The notes beneath the pieces are model-generated. The model did not search any database. It had not been told where the DNA came from and saw only the letters and a list, made by a program, of their open reading frames with translations. A program made the translations under genes and the position numbers. Of a stretch of 64,000 nt of DNA, positions 10,705-24,399 are shown one piece after another. The DNA lies in assembly GCA_036172245.1 (NCBI GenBank), contig JAYWIR010000069.1, positions 372,001-436,000 of the forward strand, written 5' to 3'. Numbering within the stretch: position 1 is the stretch's first letter; every line of letters begins with the position of its first letter. The stretch comes from Raillietiella orientalis (taxonomy: Eukaryota).

Positions 10705-13125
10705 CCCTGTTCGCGGATTCCGCATACCTCTAGCCGCTGAGAGTATTTCGCGACCCTTCTGCAACCTGCTTTCCTCTTCATAGTCTCTTCAACATCCGTC
10801 TGCTCCAAAACTCACTTCCCCCAGAGGAAGATTTGGAGGGACGTCCCTCCCGTGATGGTGCGAAATCCAAAACACCGAGCCAATGCCGGCGTCCATGCGA
10901 ACTGCGCCGAAGCAGGCGAGAGGAGTGCATGCCAGGCGCTGGAGAGCGGATGCGCAACGCATCACCTGGACAACATCCACACTGAGAGCTCCACGGACTC
11001 AGCAGAAACTGCCTGGAGTGCGTAGCCCACGTATTCCCTACGCCAACTGGTCAGCGTCTCCGCCAAAGCCAACTTTCCGCAGCAGGTCGTCACAGATGCA
11101 GCTGAAAAACTCGAGGGAGTTTGTTTCCTCTGCATTTGAGGCGAAAAGTTGTGCAGCCTTGAAGCGATCGGTGACCACACTGGATTCTGATCCTCGGCAG
11201 AACGAGTATGCGCTCGATGAGGAACGACCAGTTCCCCGTGTAGGGATTTCCGAAGTGAGTGGAACCAGTTGCGCGGCATACCTTGTTCTTTGTGTCTGGT
11301 ACGCCACTTGCCGGATAAGGCGCTGCCCCGCCCGGCAGCCCTCTTCCAGACGTCCTCGGGTGGGCTGCGTCTGCCACCGCCGGGTGGGCCTGCTATTCGC
11401 AAGAGATTTTCTCCTTCGTCCTCCTGGCCCCCGACAGCGAGGAATCTTCCCAATCCTAGAACTTCCCATATTCTCCCCTTCTATAGCTGGTTCTTCCGAG
11501 GCGTGCCAGTGCAAGCGTTCCGGCGCAACGAACAATAAGTCCCGCCGGTTGAGCTGTCCCGGCGATTCCGCCCGTCGACTGTAGGGTGCTTCGGCCTGCG
11601 GGCAGTCAGTGCGCGGAGGTCCGTTTTGTGTGTGCCTCCGCTTCCCTTAAGAGTCGCTGGAGCTGGCTAGCAAACCTTGTCATCAGGAACATCGCGAGCA
11701 CCCTCATCGAGCGAACGACGATCGCCCCGGGAGCAACCCTTCCCCCCGAGGACGCTCCCGGATGCAGGACTGTGTCGCTCATTCCTGCATTGGTCAGTGC
11801 AGGACACTACTTTGTGGAAGGGGACAATGCATGGTGCCTGCTCTTCTCCCGTCGTCTGATGGACGGGTATTAATGTACTTCCGGAACCGGTCCACTACTC
11901 CTCTTTTAGGAAGCACCGGAACGCAGTGTAAGGGGTCATTCGCCTCGCCCCGCGCTCTTCCGAAACAGTAGCTTGATATACTGGACGTCGGATGCGTGGA
12001 GCTACGAAGAAGTCTCCTCCGACAACTAGCACTGCGAGCGCTGCGAAAGAGAAGTGGCAGTGTGGCGCCTGCGTGCGTTTGCCGTTCTCCATCAGACGAC
12101 ACGATACTTGACTCACGTCCGGAAGCGCAAAGAAGACGAGACAAAAATGTGCGAGTGGGTGCTTGCAGCTGCAGGAGAGGAGGGGGAACTGCGCAAAGAG
12201 AGAGAGAGTGACGAAGACGGGCATCCTCGCTACAAGGCTGCAGAAACGCCCTAGTCGATGCCAAAATTCGCCATGGTATTCCTGCATCCCAGAAACAACA
12301 CGACGATTGAGCTCGGCAGCCTCGAAAGAAGACTCCCATAAAGAAGGAAGCATGCTCGAGCTTCGGACGCTTTCCCGACATACACTGGAGGCGCAAGATG
12401 GACCGTCCTTCTGTACAAAGCAGAGTACGTGAATCTCCGTTCCCTTTAGAAGAGATGAAGACGCCAATTCGATAGCAGATAAACTAGAGGATCTCCGGAG
12501 CATGAAACGTACTTCCTGTCGGCAACCTCTGCAGTCACTGCACACTTCGGCAGGGGAGTGATGGAATCCGTTTTTTCCGGGAACCACAGCTTTACCACCC
12601 GCGCTGGCAATACACAGCGGGCTGCAGGAAAAGGGCAGGGCTGCCCACCAGCCACGGCATGGAATTCGAGGGAAAATTAAAGCGGATGCGAATTCTACAT
12701 TTGGTAGTTTGGATACCACATTAGCAAGTGAGGTCCACATCCTGCAGCTTATTATGGGACAATCGATGAAGGTCACGCCGCTGCTCTCAGTTGACGGCAT
12801 CGGAACTGCGGATACGACTGCTTGTGCAAGCGTTTATTTCGCCCCGAAACACCTGGAGGTGACCTTGAACTTGTAAGGATAAAGGTGTGCTGCCGAGTTT
12901 TCTACATGTGAACAACTCAGAGTCCGTGAATGGCACGGTCTGCATCTTTCGGAATGGCATCCCGGTGATACCAAGCAAAAGAGATCTCACGAAGAGCAGC
13001 AGTTTGGGATTCGAGTTGGAAAGAATGGCGCCCTTTGAGCTGGAAGATCCTCGAGGTCTGAGTTCAAGTGGTCCCGAGCGTGGACGGCACCCTTGCGGAC
13101 GGGTAGACGGCCGAAGGACGTGATC
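10705..13125. mobile_element. ~2.4 kb insertion upstream of the identified exons of PAP2 copy A, absent from copy B; probably a decayed TE
   Basis: A/B similarity stops near 10700/51880 and resumes near 13125/51915; family not identified. Confidence 0.4.
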
Positions 13126-15799
13126 CCAAGTGTAGGTAATGGCAGAACCAGGCGCGAAGCTTAGCAGCCTTCGCGAGAAATTGCACTGCAGAATACACGC
13201 TCGAATCCGTCTATGACAAGATAAGAGAAGCTGGAATTATAGGGTGCCAGCAGTTACAAGCGCTGGTTAAGGAAAGCTGGACAACGAAATCGCGCATGCG
13301 CACCATGGGACGCAGATACGTACCGGAAGACCGGCAGTCGTTGGAGATTCCCATTTAGCCTTTTATGCACAACTTCGGGTGGGTGGCTGCAAAAGAACCG
13401 GTGAGCTATCTTGCGGCCACTTCGCCGAGGAACCCCGATTCGCTCAGAGGATGAGGCGATGGAATGTGGAGAATTTGCACATCAAGGAACGAGAATAAGG
13501 GAAACCGAAAAAGAAGAGTAGAAGGAGTTTGAGTAGGATGACGATGCAACGGATGGATCATCTCTTAGGATCTCCGCACAAGGTAATCCCTAACACTGTC
13601 CCGCGCGATAGAAAGATTACCGTCGAGTCGGCCGCCGCTGTCCCTCAATAACCAAAGAGGCCAGCCAGCGCGCGGAGTCACCTCTAAAAGAGAATTCGAC
13701 TTAACTGCTGGGAATCGGCGCTCTCCTGAGTCACGTCAAAGGCCTTGTCTTTTCGTGGACGCAGGAGGCGGTTTGCTGAGTAACCTGGGAATGTGAGCAC
13801 CTGGACTTGACGGTTTAAAGTGCTCCTTGTGGGATGCAACATCTGCACATCCCCAGACCTTTCCTCCTCGTTTTCTAGTTGTCATCGCGTGAGTCTATAA
13901 ATCTAATGCTGAAAAGACGTATGTCAATGCGGAATAACGCAGTGGTAGGAGGAAGAAGATGCGCAATGGGCACACAGGTAGCAGTGGAGAATCCTAACTT
14001 TGTAGTTCGCCCTCACGGCTTTGGAGTGGCCTCCATTACAGCTTCGTGTCTGTTGCTACTTGGAACCCGCAATAGTTTTTGGAATTGGGAAGCAGCCGGA
14101 ATGCTCCGACTTCACGCAGAAAAGGCGTCGCATTGGTGAGTTTGCTTGTCATGGTGAAGTTCAAAAAGTGTCATACCAAAACTGCTGGGTCACACAAGTG
14201 GTGATTCGAAGATCGTCTCTTGTGCTCTCGTAAAAGTAGTGGGTGCTCGCGGAGGATTCTTTGAAGATGGCGCCAGTTGGGAATCCCGTGGAAAGCACTG
14301 TGCCAGTTCGCTATGACTGGGTACACTGCCTGCATCTGGTCTCTGCTGAATCCCTTGCATCCTCATCTTCTTCCTCTTTGTGCTAGTGATCCCAAGTCTG
14401 CTGTGAGTCGCGTCGTTGTTTGAGTGGCAGGTATCCGATCTGTAGTTTCCTCAGCACGGGTTGTATTTTTGTGTCAGCGAACAAGAGTGTCGGCTTCTGG
14501 CAATTTTCCATGGCTTCTGAGTTTATGGTTCACCAATATGTTTTAGAATTTAGTCGGTATCAGAAGCCATCAGTGATGTCTTCCTGGTATTGAGATGCTC
14601 CTAACGAACTTTTTTTTGTTGTTATTTTGAAAGACCCGTCAGAGGTAAGAGAACGATGAGGAAGAAAAGAACACTAGGAGTGCATTGGTCCTGGCCTGGG
14701 ATTCATATGATTCTGTTATGCAGTTGCATGTATTGTGTGAAGTAATGGAATGTAATCTGTGTGTTCGAACTTTTGTCCCTTCCACGTGTCGCTAGCTTTC
14801 TTTTCATGCGCCGGCCAGAGGTGTATATTTTGCCAGCATGGAGAAAGGAAAAGTAAAAGCAAAAAAAAGAGTCCACAGAACAAGAAAGCCGAAATTAAAC
14901 ATGGAAAAGTCGGGAGGATCGAAGAAGGGATCACACACGCTTCCAGGCTTTCTCTGAATCTTGTTCGGGACGATAGCGAGTTCTGTCCTAGTGGTGCATG
15001 CGTGGACCATCTCGAGACGGTCTTTAAAATAGATCCACAAATAGTGGGTGGCGTCCCTGCCACTTCAGCCTATTCCTCCTGCGTTCGAAGCCGCCACCAT
15101 CGGACGAATACAGTAGGCAACTGCAACGGATGAGGCTAGCAGAAGTTTGGCACGCGCGAAGACGCATTTTCAAACGTCCCGGTGGCTGCGCGTTGGAATT
15201 TCTCGCATTGCCTCGAGGCGATCCCAAAATGGATGAAGGGCCACACAGCTTAACAGCAGGTAACGAAAGGTCTCCTTCTCTCCTCCTAAGAGGTGTCGCA
15301 GTTAGCGTTCATGCTCCCCTGTGTGCAGTGGTGAAGACGTGCTTTCTGGTTTCACAAAGTACAACCTTCTGTCCATCCGTGTAGATTCAGCAAAGATTCC
15401 AGCAGACTGATTTTTTGCATTCGCAGCATCGGCTGCGTGATCAGCCCATGATAGGTGTGATGACTGCGTTTGCGAGAGGGATTCATACTGATCCAGGGGT
15501 ACCTTTGCATTTTAAGGAAAAAAAGTGTATTGAATCCTCAGATCCAACGACCATCAACGTTTGAGCATCTCGCGAGGACCCTAGAAAGGACTTTAGAGCA
15601 GTCGAGGATGCCTTTTTTAAATTGAAAGCGATGCATCCTCTGAGGATGAGGACCAGGACACTCGCAAGGGGCACTTTGCATCTTCAGAAGGGGGTCTTGG
15701 GAAGTCCAAATCCTCACGTCTCAATGATGAGCAAAATCCAGTGGTCACACTGCGGCACACGCAGTGTAGCCACCGGGCGAAGAGAACAGCGATGCATGC

Positions 15800-18700
15800 T
15801 CAAGAAAGCAATCACGAGTTCTCCGGAGGTAACACATTGAGACAATTCTATCAAAGCTGTCCATCCGCCCTCGAATGAGGAGTGCCGATGCCATCAGCAT
15901 ATCCGCCTTTCAGCAGCCAGGAAGTACTGTCACTCCTGAATTGGTCGCTCCCAGCAACGACAGTTGCGTCTCGGGTAGGCTACTGTCGTTACTTACCCGT
16001 AGAATATAAAGAGTTGCGGAAAGAGGTGTGGCGGTTAACCTAAACTACTCTGTCGTGTTCTCCAGAACATCTAGTGACCTGGAGGGCAGTGCTCTTAGAC
16101 AACAAAAGCATTTCTGGGAGTACTTCCAGGGTGACAACGCAGTTTACTGCCGCCTCCTGCCACTAGGCATATCGTGAGGCGGAAGGAGATTCAAAAGTCG
16201 GCTCCAGAAAGTAAAGCCATTTACCTCATCGGGAAGACGAATCCTCACATCCTGTGCTGACTGAGCTGCAGCGATCACACAGCAGCACTATGCTGCACCG
16301 ATCAATTAACAGAAGTAGACGCTCTTGCTTTCACAGCTGTTCTACGGAAGCAGCAGTTGCCGCTTTCTCGTCGAGTTACTTTATATCGTTGCCAGCAGCA
16401 CTTTCGTAGACCAAATGAGGCTGTTACATCGGCTGCATCAAGAAGGAGGCGCAAAGGAGATGGCGATCTTCAAGCTTACCCATTTCTTGCAGCACGAGTC
16501 CGTCACGAAGAAGGGGTCTGCTTTTCCGAGTTCTTCACCGCAGAATTTTAGAGACCGACAGTAATACTGGAAAGTGAATGCGTTTCCCTTGCTCCAGAGT
16601 TGCCTTCCCACAGCAGACCAGGTAGGATGACTTCGCCGACTCTGCGTTCATCGAAACCTCTCTTCGGCCTCGCTCCTGCTCAGCACCTCCACAACTCTCA
16701 CCGACTCATTGACGGGCTAGCCTCTTCTTGTTGACTGCCTTTTGCACGAAATGAGCACGTGGTTTGCAAAAATTTATCCCTGACGCGTTTTTAGTCCAAG
16801 GAAGGAAGGAAAAAAATGATGATATGGAGTCGGCACCTCTTACAATATGAGAGGGTGCCTTCAAGTGTCACACCAAGGAGACCTCTCCGGGCCGCGGTGT
16901 GAAAAATGTTCATGATCTCTGTCTTCCGCCTTCTGCTTTTTGTTTGCCTCCTAATGAGAAGTATAAAGAGGCGGATGAACCGTATCCTGAGAATAGCCCT
17001 GTGTAGAACAGGAATGCCTCGATTGCTCCTGAAGGACCTGTGCGCTATCCGTCGCGACGGAGTCCTCGGACTCCTAACACTGAAGCGCCTGTGTCGGCAG
17101 CTTCAGCGGAGGACGCTCGCACTAATGGCGAAGCATTGGAGCCCAAACTGGTGCGAGCTCACACGATACCTGGTCAAGACAGCCACCGGCTACGCGGGAG
17201 TGTCTTCGTTCTTGGAGCGGCGGCGCAGACACAATGTGCCCAGCTGCGGAGAGCCGGCGAGTAGTCAAGCTGACCAGGACCAACAACTGGATCTGCCAGC
17301 CCGCAAACAGCAGTGCCTGGTTGTGGGAAACCGCCCTTACATGGGACCAGAGCAAGGAAGCGGGCCTGGAGATTGCTGCACCTTCTACAACAACCGCTCA
17401 TTGCATAACGTCATCGTGCAGACCAACACGTGTGTGGGGGCACAAAGAACCTTTCTAGCAGTCGCACTGTCCTCCCTCAGGGAGCACCTGAACGGTAACC
17501 AGCCGGCCAAAAGGAAGGTCAGTTGCGAATTCATTCAGAAGATGAGAGAACTAAGTGATTGAACCACGGACCTGCTCACAGACGCTGAGAAACCAAGTGC
17601 CTCACCGAAAGAACTATTGCGCTGGGGCGAGCTGTTGGGAATCCCACAGAAATACCTCAAGTGGCCTCAAGCGCAATGAGGAACAATCGGGTCCTCCCCT
17701 GATGTGGGAAGAGTCGGCAATTCTGCTGTTGCACTGAGGCCTACCATGCAACGCCCGTTGGTCTCATTGGACCCGGAGTCTGTAAACTCGAAATGTGGCA
17801 GGTGCGGAGAACGCGAATCCCAGTTCCCGCACCAACTTGTACACTGTGTTGTCCTTCGGTCCTTGTGGTTGTGTTACACAACGGCCCTTGGTGCACCGGC
17901 AGACAATCTCAGGGACGTGATGATGCGTTTCTCCGTACGCAATGCCCTTTCGCCTGCCACATCTCTAGCAGCTCTTTGCTGCCTAGGCTGGATTGTAGGG
18001 GACTGGATCCAGTGAGAGGAAAACGATAGGCACGATAGGGACGCCATCTGCTCTGCCCTGCGCTTCATGAGGACGACAGCAAGACGGCCCCACCGGGAGC
18101 ATACTCAGATGGAACTTGTTATCCTGGAAAGGATGCAGAGAATCTTCAGCACTCGGTGATCCCTTTCTTAACCCTTCTAATTTTCTGTATTTATTCTTTC
18201 ATTAAATTTTTATTTTAGCTTGTCTCTTCCTCCACTGCCCAGGAGAATCTCGTCAACCTCCATGCCAGTTACTTGGCAGGTTCCGAGCATTTTCGGATAA
18301 TGTAGGGCCCAGGGTACTACACACGTATTTTTTCTTTTTATAATAAACGCCCGATGTTACCGGGTGATAAAACTAAGGAGGATTCTTCAGCAATCAGATC
18401 CTCATCGCTCGGAGCGCACCCAATCTCCTAGTACTGCAATGACACCACTGCGACCCGGTCGAAACAGCTCCGAGGAGACGTGTGAGGAGTTCGAGGGCGT
18501 TGTCGAGCACTTGCAATACCGATTGGCCTCTCTCGACAGGCAACGATTCCGAGCGAGGACACTCCCAGGCGCTAGGAGAAGTCACGTTTACCAGGCTGCA
18601 AGAAGATTCGGAACGCGTGCAGCGTGATGCCCACCTCGGTGAAGCGGTAGAGGGCGTTGCGTGGAAGGCGCAGTGGAAAACGGCACCCGTATTCCTTTGA

Positions 18701-19520
18701 CAGCGCCCACCTATTCCTCCGGCAACACAGCCTGAAGGCGCTACCCGCTTTCTGGAGCCGTCTGTCTCCCTTCAATTTCTCCCTCGTGGTCTTGGAAAGC
18801 TTTCGTAAATTGCCAAACTTTCCGGAGAGGTTGCCGCGGTTTCGAGAACGGTAGCTTCCAGCATCCTGAATACCAGAAGAAGCACCGTAAAGCAATTTCC
18901 TTTCTTTGATCAACAGTCCCTGCTCCGACGGCTCACCTCGCTCCTCTGCAGTCTCTGGCCTCTGGTGCGCGGGAGTCTTCAGCTGTGCTGTCACCGGATA
19001 TACATCTGAACTTGTGCTAAGAATGTTCCAGACGTCGGGGCCGCTCGATGTTTGGAAGAAAGCATTCCGTGGCAACCGAGCAGATCTCTGAGTACTTCTG
19101 GAGACTCGGCAGATGAAAGTGCTGCTCTGGAGACTCGGAGGGAAGCGATAGCGATCCATGTCCCACCTACCGTCGCGATGGACTGCCAGTCTTCTTGAAT
19201 GCCTCTACGACAAGGCATCCGGTGAAGGCAAATGGTGAGCAGTGCTCAAGAGATCTCCCGCAGAAAGCACCTTCGGAAGCAACGGTGCGCACCGCTGAGC
19301 TGCTCTTCGTGGGAGGGGTGGAGGCGAAGAGAATCCGTCGCTTGGAAGCTTACACCAGGGAACGCGGATGCTGCTACGTGATGAGACTTTGCAAGGGCGG
19401 CTGGCAAGAGTGGCAAGCACCGCCATTTGTGGGCAATGAAGGCAAACAGAACGGCAGAGCTATCCGTCATCGCGTGCCTTGATCACATATGTATAATGTA
19501 AATTTATATGTGTACATAAG
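15800..19520. repeat. Second copy of block 2260-4450, interrupted by a LINE at 16878-18370
   Basis: Colinear similarity on both sides of the LINE insertion. Confidence 0.85.
16878..18370 (+). mobile_element. 5'-truncated LINE (post-RT domain, Zn finger, 3' UTR)
   Basis: LKDLCAIRRDGVLGLLTL; CGRCGERESQFPH; ends AATAAACGCCCGATGTTACCGGGTG; absent from the paralogous site near 3410-3430. Confidence 0.88.
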
Positions 19521-21999
19521 GGAATACATTTTGTTGCTCCTCCATTCGACAGGGCTCTCGTCAAGCGCTTATGCCCTGAGGATTTCATTGGCTGTTTTGC
19601 TGCGGCGTGACGTCTTTGTACTTCGTCAATGGCAGCCGCGAAGCTTTGGAACCTTCAAAACACCCCCGTCAGCTCTCTTCAGCACGCATCTCGAGGGAAA
19701 CGGAAGAAAGCGATCTGAAAGCTCCCTCGACTGCACCGTCGGCACTTGCGTGCCCGAGCACACTCCTCGTGCACCTTCAAATCAAGGTCAGAGCTACGCC
19801 CTCCCCCTCCTCTCATGTCAGCGACGCCCTTTGCTTAGAGGGAATTCCAAATCCTTCCATACTGGGATCGTCAGGGAGGCATCGCTGTCTCTTTCCTCCT
19901 CCGGCTTGAAGCTTAGCGATTGCGCACCTTGATCACCAGCTCGCGCTGCAGTTGCAGAACGCCTGCCTGTCTCTAGTTGTATCTCTCTCGGAGATCTAAG
20001 AGAAGGCCGATGTTCCCTTTCTCCTGCCTGCGCGCCTGCTGCTGTGACCTTCCGTGACCACTGATAGTCCCTGCTGATTAAGTTTACTGAAAGGATTGGC
20101 TTCTCTCCCAGTCTCAGCTCTCAGGACAGGATGACTCCAAAATACCACAACCGGCAGCCAAGGAGTGCACAAGGAAGATTCAAAGGAAGTTGCGAATGCT
20201 GCTCGTCGATCTGAAAGCAGTGGCGGGGATTCCCCAGCATCTCTCGAGCGTGGATGCTCAGATCACGCTGCCTGCGGTCGTTGCATGGTTATTCACATCC
20301 ACAGCCAGAGTCCACTGTAGTTTCAAGTGGACAGTGGGCCACGCAGCGGGTGCAACGCGAGCGTTCTCAACTCTCGAGGTCGAGGAATAAAACCCAGAAT
20401 TCCGCGGCTTATCTTTGACAAACGGAACTCACCACTAGGGTACGGACGATGTGATGCTAGGAGTCATAGCGTGTCCATCCGGAAGCGTCCAGGTTGTGTG
20501 TAGACGTGCCCTGGGTGGCACAACGTCCTGAATCCAGGCACTTTTAGCGTCTCCCCTTGGCTTGCCGACTAGGCCAGCCAGCGGCGCCCTAAGTCGCAGT
20601 CCCCTTCTCACCACCTCCACAGTTGCCGGTGTAAATCGCCGCTCCGTTGCCAAGGAAAAGCCATCATCTGGTGGGGGTAGCCGCAGAAGGAGAGAAAGGA
20701 ATAAACAAGAGCTGTCGGCATCACACCAATGCCAGGGGTCGAACCGACGCACCACCGCGCGGATCTGGCGCTCGCAAGGAGGAAACCGATTGGTCACACC
20801 CGACGCCGTTCGTCCGCGAGAGAGCGTGGCAAAGAAAAGCGACCGGATGGGGAAGAAGACAACTCACCCATTTGCCAAGAGGGAAGGGTTGAACTCCCTA
20901 GCGCGCTGGTGGCAGTGGAAAGGCGGACACGGAAAAGAAAGTTCTCAATGAACTTTGGGTGTTTTGAGCAAGTGAGGAAGACATGAAGAAGATGCTGTGT
21001 GAGGAGGTCCCCAGAATCGAGACACTGGTCACCGGGGGAGGATCTTTAGTCGCCGGCCGAGATGAACGATTGTCAGCGCACCCCTAACGGGTTAAGAAGC
21101 AGTTGAGAGCCACGGATATCCCATCTGACACATACGTGCAACATCCACAGCGCCCTCTGAAGCGAAATCAGCTTCCCCTTGGTCACCGGAGCTGACCACC
21201 TCGAATGAAGGGGCGTTGATTTTTCTCAGGAAAGGGCAAGCAGTCTCAGGCTAGAAGTCACCCCGCACACGAAACTTGCTAATCTAGTAATGGCGCCTCA
21301 CAGACATGATGACCCCCTTCTCCCCTAATGACTTTCCTGATGATCCCCTCCTCCGCGATACAGGCCTGTTCTTAGGTCAGGGAGAGGCACATTCCGCGAG
21401 GTTTCGACTGCCGTCTGTTGCTTGGACGCCAGACAAAGGTAAAGCCGGAGGAAGTGCATGGACGGGCTGAGCAATCACGAGAGACCACCTTGCTTTGTAA
21501 GAACCCAGGTGAATCCAATAGGTCGGTACCAGCCCATTCTTTCAGTCCCATTGCAGGTGCTTCCATCCTCTTGGGCCCGAGTAGACGGTTATATGAAGTC
21601 GCCCACCCGTCGCTTTCCCGGTTCGGTTCCGACGGCTTGTCAGGTTTCATCCTTGGGGTCGTTTCCGAATAAGCAGTAAGAAGATCTTTAGGAGCGAAAA
21701 ATCTCCCTGTTGTCCTTGCTTCACTCCTCGCCACGATGTACTCATTTTAGAGTCGCTGAGGAGAGAGTCGTAGAGAAGCTGCTGGATGCTCCCGGCGCTT
21801 GTGATACAAAGAAAGATTTCTCCTGGATTCTCTTCGAGGTTAAGCGAGTTCATAGCAAAGGGACCAACCAGCAGCTGAGGCAGCTGCCATCCCTTCAAAG
21901 GGAAGAAATGAGATGTGCGGCGTCAGCGGAGAGGCTGCAGGAGCGAGGATTCATCGTAGGCGGAGGCGCGAGTTCTAGGGATAGCATCCAACCTCCGTC

Positions 22000-22970
22000 C
22001 ATTTCAGCCGTCTCCTCTAAGCATATCCACATCCCATCCTGACGCATTTTGCCATGTTGCGGTGGAGTAATTACGGCACATCCAAGACGCTGCTTTCTCA
22101 ACGAGAAAAGATAGAAGGTTGCTTGGAGCAGTGTCGGAATCCAATTTCGTTCCACTTTCGAGGTCCGACCTCATGTGAGTTTTCTTGCTGTAGACTGTGA
22201 TCATAGAAGGAGGCAAGTGAGGATGTCTTCTTGTGTCTTAACAACGCTCTCACGGTCCATTCCTCAAACATGCGTCCGACATTTCCATCCGGGGAGTCAC
22301 AGAGCCTTTTTCACCTTGCTCAACAAAAAGCACGTTTGCTCTTCTTAGAATGCTCATTCCCACTTCGATCACCTTGCAGCCGAAAGAAATGGAAACCTCT
22401 GAGCGGTGTAGACAGCATCAGTTCTGGAGAAGTCTTGTTAGGCCAAAGCAGAGATGCATTGGTGGGCGGGACCGTGCGAGCAGCTGGAACACGGCAGGGC
22501 GCGCAAGTGAATGCCGCCTCGGCACCACCAGGCCTTGCGTGCTGCTAATGGGCGTCCCAAGGGGAAGATGCCGTAAAGTCAAGTCGACACGTCGGAATGC
22601 TCCAATTTTTTGACTTTTTGAAGATTCCTCACGAGGCCGTGCTGCACGTTCGTCTTTCAGAATCTGTAGGCGCGGAAACGTCGAGAACCCCATTTGGTTT
22701 TCGGAGATTAGGCCGAGGTCCATAGCAAGCACTCGGCCTCAGGATGAACTACCTGTGCTGCATCGTCTTGGTTGTAGCCGCAACTGGTAAATCTCTTTCT
22801 GCATGGCTCCTTTGGATAACAGTGGATTGACGATCGGATCGTGTGTGAGTGGTTCGCGTCTTCACTGCTATCCCGAAGCACTCTTGAAAGAACTTCCAAG
22901 CATGACGTCGTGGATAATGAAGGGGTGGATGGGCATCTGTCTGAGTGTCCCTCCGCATTGGTACTCACTT
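22000..22970. repeat. Duplicated segment, paralog at 54430-55415; core nearly identical
   Basis: 22201-22650 and 54630-55080 are almost base-for-base identical. Confidence 0.92.
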
Positions 22971-24399
22971 TCTGAGCTGGTTATCTTTTGTTGCTTTACG
23001 CTGGTCCATGTGAGCAGATGCGCCTAGCGGACGGTGTTCGCTACGAGTCTCAGTGCAAGTATTCCGGCTTGCTCGCTCGGCTGGCAGATCGTCAGGGAAA
23101 CCGCGCCTGAGTAACCTGCTGCAATCTCCCTCCTCAGCTCATGTAGGCACTCGAACTTCGTTGGCAGAACTTGCTGCCCTCTCACTGCAAAACATCGAAC
23201 TACACGACAGTGCAGCCGGCTCCTTGCAACAGGCTTCAGGTGCCACTTTGCGCCAGAATGGAAAACCAACGCAAGGCGGCCAGAGAGTACCACGAAGAAA
23301 GTAAGTATGCAGTGTATGATCAGAATGCACTGTTCATCGAGATGCTCCTGAGTATCGGGTTTCGTCCATGCAACACGACTATCCCGAATTGTAATTTTCC
23401 AGAGTTGCACCCGAACTGCTTCTGATACACGACATTTACCACAATGTCACAAGGTTGGTGAAGGAGTTTGCGATCTGTGCGGGTGCAGATAATCCTGAGA
23501 ATGCGGCCCGTCCCCACAGCAAATACTTGAGTTTGCTTGCAGGATACATCAAAAGTGTGTTTCAAGACATTGAAAACTTTGATGCTGGCAGCATCATCCA
23601 GAATTCACACGTGTGAGTAATTCCGGAAGGAAGATGTCTGACCGCTTTGGCTTTGGCTACCATGTAAAGCGCAGTGGTTTGCTTGCTCAGCACATGCACT
23701 TTGGGGAACTCCTGCGCGCAAGGTGGGCGTGCCGGCGAAACGACAGCATCCGTCACTCACGAGTTATTCGGGCCTTAGAAAGTCCGTAAAGGAAAGTATA
23801 GGAAAGTGAGGCGTTCACGCGTTTCGATGGGGAAGCGTGAATCATTCGTTCCTCGCTGTGAGTTAGGGACGAGTCTCCCTGGCATGCTTTCGAAGCCGAG
23901 GCTCTGCGCTCCTTCCAGAAGGCGTGGCACCTGTCCCCGTTCTTCCTAGCCCATTCATTTCTTAGGGTGCCTCGTTGACTGAAGATGCTCATGCGAGCGC
24001 CTTGCGAGAGGTCGATTGCGACCGAATCTATTTCCTTTCAGGCTGGTCAGACAGATGGGGTTCACGACGAAAGACCTCGTAAAAGACTGGACGATCATAG
24101 TCAACATTGATAATAGATCTTTGCTTCAATTCTTCGAGGAGTTCTCATCCCGCATTGTGAGCCTGTTCGTGAATACGATTATTCGCATTAGGGACATGAG
24201 AGCGGGAGAACCCGGTGCTGCTTGACTCCTGAAGGCACTCGTTCAACCAGCAACTCCACAGCTCCTCTACATTTGCAGCTTCCCGAATAAATGATTGTCG
24301 CTTTGCAAACGCAAAAATAAAGCTTAAATTACTTCAGGAACTCCTAAAAAAGATTCGGACTGCATCCACAGCCGTCGCTTTTGTCATTTTCATCTCTTA

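Noticed and set aside
11090..11260. Possible Ulp1-like protease remnant (NWSFLI) as in NeSL-1
   Set aside because: Catalytic His and the QxNxxDCG motif are not recognisable; too weak to call.
10883..12800. Long ORFs (233 aa plus strand, 301 aa minus strand) as host genes
   Set aside because: No recognisable domains or splice structure; they lie within the copy-A-specific insertion.
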